DNA of 60,928 nt, filler included. It is 11 parts of 11 records of this genome, joined end to end, with 100 filler letters (N's around TTAATTAATTAA, not from the genome) between each part and the next. Parts side by side here need not be neighbours in the genome. Positions count along the whole stretch, not along the records: positions 45,888 to 51,594 come from SRR7504441_10469; positions 51,695 to 54,814 come from SRR7504441_10471; positions 54,915 to 60,928 come from SRR7504441_10474; 8 more parts are not named here. The stretch is one strand, 5' to 3'. Numbering within the stretch: position 1 is the first letter of the stretch; the number at the start of each line of letters is the position of its first letter. The translations under genes and the position numbers were made by a program. The notes beneath the pieces were generated by a model, which saw only the letters and a program-made list of their open reading frames with translations, made no database searches and had not been told where the DNA came from. Positions 47,420 through 56,134 of the stretch are shown here, piece after piece.

Positions 47420-50400
47420 ATGAGAGTGGTGTGCGTCGTCGGGCTGCTGTTGGCTTCGGCGGCGGCGGTGGACACCGAGGTGTCGGCGCTGCTGAGCACG
47501 ATGTCGCTGGCAGACAAAGTGGGCCAGATGACCCAGATCAACATCGACAAGGTCACTGAATGCGTCACCGGGCCCGACGGCCAGCAGCAGATGACCGTAA
47601 ACAGGCCGGCGCTCCGGACCTGGCTCAGCCAGTGGCGGATCGGCAGCCTGCTCAACTCGCCGTGGGCCGGTACGCAAGGCCCCACCTGCGGGCGGCTCGG
47701 CTGGGACGCACGTTCCTGGCGCGGTGCCATCCAAGCCATCCAGGAAGAGGCTGCGGCGGCCGGGCTGCCGCCGATCTTGTTTGGGATCGACTCGGTCCAC
47801 GGGGCCAACTATGTCCGTCGGGCCGTGCTGATGCCGCAGCAGATTGGCCTGGCCGCCTCGTTCGACGAGCGAGCCGCTGAGAGGTTTGGATTCATCACCG
47901 GGCGGGACACCCGGGCCGCCGGGATCCCGTGGCTCTTTGCGCCGATCCTAGGGATCGCCACCCAGCCGCTCTGGCCGCGCGTGTACGAGACCTTTGGCGA
48001 GGACCCGCTCGTGGCTGCCAGGCTCGGGAGTGCTGTGATAGTCGGGATGCAGACGCCAGCCCCTCCAGGGGAATACCCGGCGCGGGCGGCAGCGTGCGCC
48101 AAGCACTACATCGGGTACTCGGATTCGCGGTCCGGGCACGACCGGGCGCCCGGCTGGATCCCGCACCGGCACTTGCTCCAGTACTATGCCCCGCCGTTTG
48201 AGGCCGCTGTGGAGGCGGGCGTGCTGAGTGTGATGGAAAGCTACAGTGAGGTGGACGGCGTGCCTATGGCCGCGAATAAACTGCTGCTCCGCGAGCTGCT
48301 GCGGGATCGAATGCAGTTTGACGGGATGATGGTGACGGACTGGGCCGAGATACAAAATCTGCACGGGTTTCACCATGTCGCCTCCTCTCCTGAGGACGCG
48401 GTTTGGCTTTCGATCAACCAGACCTCGATTGACATGAGCATGGTGCCGCTCGATGCCTCGTTCGCCCAGATTTTGGTCGGGCTAGTCGAGAGCGGCCAGC
48501 TGCCCGAGTCTAGAGTGGACGAATCGGCCGGGCGGGTGCTTCAGTTGAAGAAAGACCTCGGATTGCTCGAGACCCCGGTCCCAGGCTTGCACCAGGACAC
48601 TGCATACCTGCAGTCCGACTTGATTTCGCAGGTCGGATCGGCCCAAGACGTGGCGGTCGCTCGGGACATGGCCCGGAGCGCGATCGTGCTGCTGCAGAAC
48701 GGCAACGGGGGCGTGTCGAGAGAGTGCTGCCGAGGCCGGCCGGGTGCTTCCATAGGTGATGTAAGAGGTGCGCTCGACTGGCTGTGCTCCGGCTGGGCTA
48801 AGGAGGACTGCGTGGCCGGGTGGGCCAGCCTTGACGATGCCGCAGCTCGCCAGGAGTTCAGCAAGTGGGCTGATGCGTGGTATCAAAATAATCCACGGCC
48901 GGAAAGCTGTGACTTTTCGGGCTCAGCCGAGCTGTTTGATTGCAGCACTGGGCCAACCAACGTGTTGCTGCCCCTTCCAACGGACACACCGCAGCGTGTG
49001 CTTGTGACTGGCCCCACCGCAGACTCGATTGGGTCGTTGAGCACAGGCTGGAGCATCCATTGGCAAGGAGTCACGGACGACTCAGAATTCACGCACGGCT
49101 CATCGATCAAGGCTGCCATGGAGCAGCTGGCTGGGACTGTGGCGGCAGCAGGGTCGGTCGTGGAGTACACGGAGGGCTGCAAGATCCGGGCCCCGACCCA
49201 CGCCACGGCGTCTTGCGAGTTGGTGGACCTGCCCGGCACCAAGGCCAAGGCAGCTGCGGCAGATGTGGTCGTGGTGTGCTTGGGCGAGGAGCCTTACACC
49301 GAGAAACCGGGTGACATTGATCAGCTCGAGCTCAGTTCGGGCCAGATCGAGCTTGTCAAGGCCCTGGACGCGGCCGGGACGCCTATTGTGCTGGTGCTGG
49401 TCGAAGGCCGCCCAAGACTTCTGCAGGGAATTCAGCGGCTTCCTAACGTGCATGCGGTCGTCCACGCACTCGCACCTGGCCCTGAAGGAGGGCTTGCAGT
49501 GGCCGAGGTCCTATATGGCGCGGTAAACCCGTCGGGGCGGATGCCAATCACGTACCCTGGCTCAACCGGAAGCATTCACTACCCACATTGGCATGCAGTG
49601 AGCAGTCAGTGCGCCGGGTCTCCAACTTTCCTGTCAGCCGCAGTCCAGTCGTGCCCAGTGGACTTTCTATTCGGTCAGGGGCTTTCTTACACCACATTCG
49701 AGTATGAAGCGTTCCGTTGGTACACTGCCCCCTGGCGTGCAAGCTCTGCCGGAGAGCAGCAGACGACTCTGGCAATAGGCAGCAGCTTTACGGTCGATCT
49801 TGAAGTCCACAACACCGGGCCTCGCGACGCCAACCACTCGGTGTTACTCTACTTCATACAGCACTACCGAAGAGTCACGCCTGAGGCCAATCGGCTGCTT
49901 GGGTTCAAGCGAGTCTCGGTGCGCGCAGGCGAGAGAGCTGCAGTTTCGTTTGCGCTGCATACGAGCGACTTCATGTATGTTGGAGTGGACTTTGATAGAG
50001 TTGTTGAAACAGGACTCTACACCCTCGCACTTGGGCACGCCCAGTATGGGGCCCCGAGCGCCGAGGACGGCCTGCTCATGAATCTCACCCATGCTGAGTG
50101 CCCCTCGAGCACGGGGCAATGCCCAGTCTCGATGACCCGTCAAGCTGACAGCCCAGCGACTGAGCCGCCTACAGATCCGAGGAGCCAACCGACAGCCCCA
50201 GCGCCCAAGCCCGCGCTGTGTGGCACCAACACCGACTGCCCATCTGGGTACAATTGCTTCGACACCATAGATGACACGGCGACCGACGCTGCCGACGTGT
50301 TTCGTGTGGAGCTCTCCGATGAGGAGAAGTGTGCCGCTCACAAGCAGGAGACTGGATTGTGCACTTGTCTAAGGACCAGGCAGAGGACTAAGGCGCCCAC

Positions 50401-50674
50401 AGCCTCTGCCGACGATTCAAAGGCCAGTGGCGACACTTCTGACAGTGGGAGCGGAGTTTGGGCAGTGGTCTGCTTCTTCCTCGTTGGAGGTATTCTGGGC
50501 AGTCTGGCGGTGCTATTGACTCAAAAGTTCCTTATGAAAAGGAGCGATGACGACGACGTGCCTCGGTCAGTGGCCGGTAGAGCTCTCCAAGCCGAGGAAA
50601 CGTACGAGCAGCGGTCTCATGAAGGACACTCGATGCTTTCTGGCAATGTGTCTGTGGATCTTGAGAACCGATGA
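47420..50674 (+). CDS. Membrane-anchored GH3 beta-glucosidase with an inserted X8 (CBM43) domain
   Basis: Signal peptide; KVGQMTQI, GIDSVHGA, RVYETFGEDP, CAKHY, nucleophile MVTDW, GEEPYTE, NPSGRMPITYP, FGQGLSYT; Fn3-like domain; Cys-rich region; C-terminal TM. Uninterrupted 1084-aa ORF. Confidence 0.95.
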   Translation: MRVVCVVGLLLASAAAVDTEVSALLSTMSLADKVGQMTQINIDKVTECVTGPDGQQQMTVNRPALRTWLSQWRIGSLLNSPWAGTQGPTCGRLGWDARSWRGAIQAIQEEAAAAGLPPILFGIDSVHGANYVRRAVLMPQQIGLAASFDERAAERFGFITGRDTRAAGIPWLFAPILGIATQPLWPRVYETFGEDPLVAARLGSAVIVGMQTPAPPGEYPARAAACAKHYIGYSDSRSGHDRAPGWIPHRHLLQYYAPPFEAAVEAGVLSVMESYSEVDGVPMAANKLLLRELLRDRMQFDGMMVTDWAEIQNLHGFHHVASSPEDAVWLSINQTSIDMSMVPLDASFAQILVGLVESGQLPESRVDESAGRVLQLKKDLGLLETPVPGLHQDTAYLQSDLISQVGSAQDVAVARDMARSAIVLLQNGNGGVSRECCRGRPGASIGDVRGALDWLCSGWAKEDCVAGWASLDDAAARQEFSKWADAWYQNNPRPESCDFSGSAELFDCSTGPTNVLLPLPTDTPQRVLVTGPTADSIGSLSTGWSIHWQGVTDDSEFTHGSSIKAAMEQLAGTVAAAGSVVEYTEGCKIRAPTHATASCELVDLPGTKAKAAAADVVVVCLGEEPYTEKPGDIDQLELSSGQIELVKALDAAGTPIVLVLVEGRPRLLQGIQRLPNVHAVVHALAPGPEGGLAVAEVLYGAVNPSGRMPITYPGSTGSIHYPHWHAVSSQCAGSPTFLSAAVQSCPVDFLFGQGLSYTTFEYEAFRWYTAPWRASSAGEQQTTLAIGSSFTVDLEVHNTGPRDANHSVLLYFIQHYRRVTPEANRLLGFKRVSVRAGERAAVSFALHTSDFMYVGVDFDRVVETGLYTLALGHAQYGAPSAEDGLLMNLTHAECPSSTGQCPVSMTRQADSPATEPPTDPRSQPTAPAPKPALCGTNTDCPSGYNCFDTIDDTATDAADVFRVELSDEEKCAAHKQETGLCTCLRTRQRTKAPTASADDSKASGDTSDSGSGVWAVVCFFLVGGILGSLAVLLTQKFLMKRSDDDDVPRSVAGRALQAEETYEQRSHEGHSMLSGNVSVDLENR

Positions 50675-50705
50675 CTCCTTGCCAATGGATCTTGAGAACC
50701 GATGA
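50655..50705 (+). repeat. 20-bp direct repeat duplicating the GH3 stop region
   Basis: TGGATCTTGAGAACCGATGA at 50655-50674 and 50686-50705. Confidence 0.9.
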
Positions 50706-51038
50706 TTGCTTTTAAATTACTTTTAATGGCTTGGAGATGAAATCTGATGTTCAAATGGTATGGTCGAACTGCGAGTACAATTCGATCATATCATTCCGTA
50801 CGTATTCTCCGAGTACACTATGTTAAATGATTACAATGTCATGTATCCTAACGAACCCTTTGTACTAGAGTAACCTTCTTACTCGTACTCGTACCGTACG
50901 CACGAGTAGCCGGCCGGTGCGTACTCGTACAATAACTGCGTCAATACGTGTAAGTTATTAATGAAAAATATGCGAGGCCCATACCACGAGCGGACGCTCC
51001 ACTGCGCTTACTAACTATACTAGCATTGTTATAACATC

Positions 51039-51561
51039 GTCATACCCGGATCTTCATGCCATCGAGTCCATCCCGCCGCCTGCCTGCAGCCAGGACGCGC
51101 AGGCTCTCTATCTGGAGGTCCCGCCAGGCCGCCAGCGCCTCCGCATCCCGTTGGCGTAACAGCGCCTCGTCGGGGGGAGGCGGGGGCATCTCCCACATCC
51201 CACGGGGCAACCTTAGACCGAGTCCGCGGAGGTGGCCTCCTCCGCGGCCGTCCTCACCGGGCTAACGGAAACCCCTGACTGGCCGGCCAGTTGGGCCAAT
51301 TCCGCCCGCACCTCGCCCACCGCTTCAGCTGCTGCGGCGCACAGCTGCCGGAGCTCCACCGGCTGACCCGGCGGGGCCATCCGGAGTATCCTTTCCTCCA
51401 AGTGCGCCAGCCCCGCTTCCCGACTGCTGCGCTCGCGAGCGAGCTCGGCCTCCAGGCCGGCGAGCCGCTGCTCTAGTGTAGCAGCGGCGGCCCGGATCCG
51501 GCGGTGCGGCGTCCGGCGTGTGCGGGCCACGCACCTCCGTGGGCTGGAATACGCCCTCATG
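51039..51561 (-). CDS. Small coiled-coil hypothetical protein
   Basis: LEQRLAGLEAELARER... exon and a last exon ...EALLRQRDAEALAAWRDLQIESL...; joins and boundaries uncertain. Confidence 0.35.
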
Positions 51562-51594
51562 GTGCAAGCATCGAGCACCCGGCTGGCGGCAACG

Positions 51595-51694
51595 NNNNNN
51601 NNNNNNNNNNNNNNNNNNNNNNNNNNNNNNNNNNNNNNTTAATTAATTAANNNNNNNNNNNNNNNNNNNNNNNNNNNNNNNNNNNNNNNNNNNN
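51595..51694. other. Artificial contig linker
   Basis: N44-TTAATTAATTAA-N44. Confidence 0.99.
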
Positions 51695-51965
51695 ATTTGT
51701 ATCTCGCGAAGAGACGTTTTGTTAATTGTTTTATCGTCGTGTGTAATAAAAACGAGGTGCCCAGCAGTAATTGTTCATTTAATGCAAGAGCGAGCTCCAC
51801 AGCACATTTGAAGCTGGACGGCTAGACTGAACGACCACGAAGCTACCCGTCGATAAAATTCATCATCACATCATCTTCCAGAACCCATGCTACCACCTCC
51901 CTGGCTACTCACTTGCTTGCAGGCGGAGGCAAAGCTTGGTATGATTGTAAACTAGTCCTCGGAGC

Positions 51966-54734
51966 TCACTTCATACCGAGAACATCGCGCGCCCATCCCA
52001 TGATGGTCTGATCTGCCGGAAGTCCTGCCACGGCAGAGCCCTTGTCCTCGCCCTTCTGTTGCCAGGCGGCCAGCTCCATGTTGCACTCGTTCACTTTCCC
52101 CGAAGGCGTGTAGTACTGGTTGTCGTGCACGACGGTCTTGCCGTTTCCGTTGCAAGTGAACCCTCCGACATTAGTGCCTGTCATCACCAGCTTGTTCCCG
52201 TAAAAGTAGTCCTCGTGCCCCTCCAGCTGCGAGCACACTCCAAGCCCCTGCCAACCGGTCAGCCAAGCAATCCTACACTCCAGCGCCGCACCTGACCAAC
52301 GTACCCGTAGACGTTATTGTAGTGGTGGTTGTCGTGCCCGCCGAAATCGTTCTTCATGCCCTGGTTGCCATACACAAAAAAGTTGTCATGAGTGTGATAG
52401 TAGCACGAGCCGTCATCGCTGCCCGCCAGTCACACCGGCCGGCTGGGCTCGGCTCACTTATCCACGTTCTCTTGAGGCGAGTAATTATCAATGAAGAAGT
52501 TGTGATGAATCTCGCGCCACTGCATAATCATGCTCGGAGTGCCGTCCCGGACCGTTGTCAGGAAAGGCTGCCGGTCCCAGCTGTTGAAAGGCCCATGGTC
52601 GCCAGACTCGCGGCACGTGCTGAACACCAGATTGTGCGAGATCTCGTCGCCGCCTCCGAACCTGCTTGCACAGTAAGTCAATTGTAATACGACAACTCGC
52701 CCGTCGTTGGCGTTGATCCCCGCCCGTGGACCGTTGAAGAACACGTTCCCCGTGATGATGCTGGCAGCCGTCTTGGCCTGGATGAAGAACGAGCTCTGCT
52801 TCTCGTAAAGCCCAACCTCTCGCGCGCTGCACCCGCGCACAGTGGTGAACTTGGGGTGCTCCCCGTCTGTCCCATCAACGCCGGCCTGCGGGTAGTTCTC
52901 CAGCTGGATGCCCGGACGACCCGGGTCAGTAGCAGTCTCGTTAGTGAACCCCCATGCAGCGATGGCATTCCCTCCAATGAATGCAAAGTCCGAATCGGCG
53001 ATAGTCGCGTTCCTGTTGTACCCAGAGACCATGACACCGTTGCCATCCAAACGCTCAAAGCTGCAGCCTTCGATTGTAAAGCCCTCAGTCCCTTGGAGCA
53101 GAATGGCCCCAAACCTGCCTAGTGTCACGGCGCGAGCTTGGGACACACCGGTCGAGGGCCCAGTCCCCCGCAGACGGGACTCCATGCCGCTCCATGTACG
53201 TGTACGCCGTGCTTGTGTAGTGCACGTCCTTGAGGGTCACACCGTGCACAGGCTCCCACTGGCTGCCAGAGGCGTTCACCTGTCCGCACTCCCGCCGACC
53301 GGCCCGTCCGGCCCACCAGGATCTGCTTCTGGGGCGCGACGACGGTCATGCTTGCTGGCGGGGCACCGGTCCCGTTGTAGTACAAGTACAGCTCGCCAGT
53401 GCTCTTATCCCAGAAGAACTCTCCGGGGTAGTCGAGCTCCTCCATCACCTGCAGCCACTCAGCGGCCCGACGGAATGTCCAGGCACGTTCTCAATAAAGA
53501 AGTCGCCGCCCTTGTTCTCACCGCGCGCGCCTTGATTCCCGCCACGTCCAAACGTGAAGTTGTTGCTGGCGGCGTCATAATCCGCAACCTCGAACATCCA
53601 GTTAGCCCACCTGCCCGCCTGTATAAATACACCCGTCTAAATATAGCGCACCTCGCCGGCCGCCACACGAACAGCACAGCGTCACTCGCATCCTTGTAAG
53701 GGCTGTTCGGGAGCTTACCAGTGTGCGGCTTGACACCGGATGGGGTCCGGAACGCGAACGCGCCGCCGCCCGACGGGTGCTCAGAGCACCAGTAGCTCAC
53801 CGGAGGGTCGTAAACCGAGCAGAGTCCGTTCACACCAATCATGTAGTGCTGGAACCCGAAATCTGTAGTGTTCCGGGTGTGTGCCGGCACGCTGTCCGTG
53901 TAAAAGTCGACTTTGCCGTACTTATTGAAGTCCGGCGGAGTCCAGTCGGCGTCGCCGCTGTTGACCATGCAGCCGTACCCACAGGAGACCTCGATCCCGC
54001 CTGGAATATTCGGGTACCTGTACCCTCCCATCAACCCCCACTATGTCTCGAGCAGGGTGCACCGGGCCCGTGTAGCCCTCGCTCCGTTGAGTTGGAGCCC
54101 AGGGACAGTGTCCACTTGGCCCTTGATGTTGGCGCTGTATACGTTGCTCTCATTGTTTACCTTGTAAGGCTTCCAGTCCACTTTGAGCTCGACTCCGCCG
54201 GAGACTTGCGCCCTCTCGCCTGGGTGGCCCATGATGGTGAGCCCGCTGTGCTTGGCGGTGAGCATCAGGGTCTCGCTCAGGTAATGCACGCCCCCTCGCA
54301 GCACCACAGTCGTCACCCGCCGTTCTGCCGCCAAATCCACAGCCGCCTGGATCGAGCTGCCCCACCGCTCATCCCCGCCGCCCTCGGATCCGTCACCGGA
54401 GGGGAGCCTCGCGCCGGCCGTCCTGACGGGCGTCGTCCCCGTCCGGCGCCACGAAGAGCGCGTCAGCCGGCACAGGCGCCTCGGGTGTCACCGGAGCCTC
54501 GCCAGAGAGCTCCGCCTTGCAGTCGTCGGCGTTCAGGTCGAGCGCATAGTAAAGCGACTCGAACGCGCCCTGGCGCGGGAGCGAGGCCTTGCCGTACTCA
54601 TAGGCCAGCTTGCGCATGGCGCAGTCGAAGGATGCCGGGACCGAGCCGCGGTGCGGGGCCCGGAGCGGCCACTTGGCCTGGGCGACGGCCAGCAGAGCGC
54701 ACAGCAGCACGAGCAGCCGAGAGGGAGCAGGCAT
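51966..54734 (-). CDS. Secreted right-handed beta-helix protein, GH141-like; about 9-10 introns
   Basis: Signal peptide; LFVAPDGDD, VVLRGGVHYL, VSGG, RAR|YPN, EELDYPGEFF, CRESGDHGPFNSWDR, DDGSCYY; N-ladder beta-helix pattern. Confidence 0.75.
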
Positions 54735-54814
54735 GGATTGTTCGGTCCCGGGCTTGTGGCTCAGGAAGCCACGAGAGCACACCAAACGGCAAAATAACGG
54801 ACAAAGTGATGGAC

Positions 54815-54914
54815 NNNNNNNNNNNNNNNNNNNNNNNNNNNNNNNNNNNNNNNNNNNNTTAATTAATTAANNNNNNNNNNNNNNNNNNNNNNNNNNNNNN
54901 NNNNNNNNNNNNNN
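54815..54914. other. Artificial contig linker
   Basis: N44-TTAATTAATTAA-N44. Confidence 0.99.
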
Positions 54915-56085
54915 CGAGCGAGTCCATCGAGGCGTACACCTGCACAAGAGTCAGACCGGCCCTGGCTGCAAGGGCGCCTCCGGGCTGGTTCGCTGCTGGT
55001 TGCGCTTGTGCAGCCACCACCAGAGCAGGAGTCCACCGAGCAGCACCGCCACTATCACACTCCCGCATATCAGCCCGAGCTGCCACCCCGGCATCCCGTT
55101 GGAGCCTGTGGCCCAGCTCAAGCCTGGCGTGCGGCTCCCCGGGCATGACACCTTTGTGTTGGGCTGCCATCTTGCTTGAGAAGGAGATAGTGTGGCCGTC
55201 GCTCACACCGGTGAAGTGTTCGTCCTGAGCAAGGCCATTTTCCATTGCAACATAATGTTCATCGTCTCCGTCGAGGATTTTTTCACTGGCGGTGGAGGCT
55301 CCATAATCTACCTTGGTGCCTCCACTTGGCTGAATATCGAAGGTCAGTCCACCACTGAATAACGGCTTGGCTTGCAGCCTGGATCCGCGCGCTTGACTGC
55401 CCGCTGGCTTTACCAGTGATACAGTGATTACAAGCCTGTCGCTTGTTGCCTCCGCAGGGTATTCGTCCACCGAGTGAGCGTGGTAAGGGCACATCTGGCC
55501 GGTCCAATCATTCTTGACCTTGAAGAACACCAGCGCCCCCGGCTGAGGCTCAATAGAGATCTTGCTTCGAGGGAACACAAGCCGGCCGGTCCCCTCGGGC
55601 GCCCCATTCTGCAGGTAGATGAGCGCGATCGCGTCGGGGTGCCCGCCGCCCTGTTCCAGGCTCATAAACTCGTTGTGCACCGGTATCGCCGGGGTGCCTG
55701 GCAGCGACCTCCGCACCGGCAAGTGGGTCAGCCCGGACACATCGGCGTCGAGCAACTTCCCGAGCATCTGCCGGATCCGTTGGAGAACCTTGTTGTCGCC
55801 GACCGGCATCACGCCGCACAGCCGGGTGTCGTTATACCGGCCCGCCTTCCAGTTGCCCTGGCACCGGACCATCGGTGGAGCACCGCTCACCAAGCTCTCG
55901 ATCTCCTCCGCGCTAAGCACGTCATCCGCGAGCGCAAGGTGTGGTGCGGTGCTCAGCAGCCGCAGCCCGCCCGGCAGCCCTTGATGCTGTGTGGCTGATG
56001 TTTCACTCGAATATCGGAGCGCCGTTGCCACCAGGAGCGCAACCGAGACCGGGCCGGCCAGCTGGTGTGTTCGGCTCTTCTCCAT
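54915..56085 (-). CDS. Prolyl-4-hydroxylase-like 2OG-Fe(II) oxygenase, probably membrane-anchored; 3'-partial
   Basis: LLSTAPHLALADDVLSAEEIESL, VHNE, ALIYL, GRLVFP, IEPQPGALVFF, HAHSV, RLVIT; a downstream exon encodes TM LICGSVIVAVLLGGLLLWWW. Confidence 0.7.
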
Positions 56086-56134
56086 GATGAGACCAACCGC
56101 CCGCTCCCGCGATGCCGTTACCGTTAGAAATTTG

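Noticed and set aside
10053-54734. A polysaccharide-utilisation cluster (GH-D-like, GT31, GH3, GH141-like)
   Set aside because: The genes are on different contigs, so proximity is an artefact.
9732-54914. Regularly recurring TTAATTAATTAA flanked by Ns as a repeat or CRISPR-like array
   Set aside because: Identical 100-nt six-frame-stop linkers added during contig concatenation; not biological.
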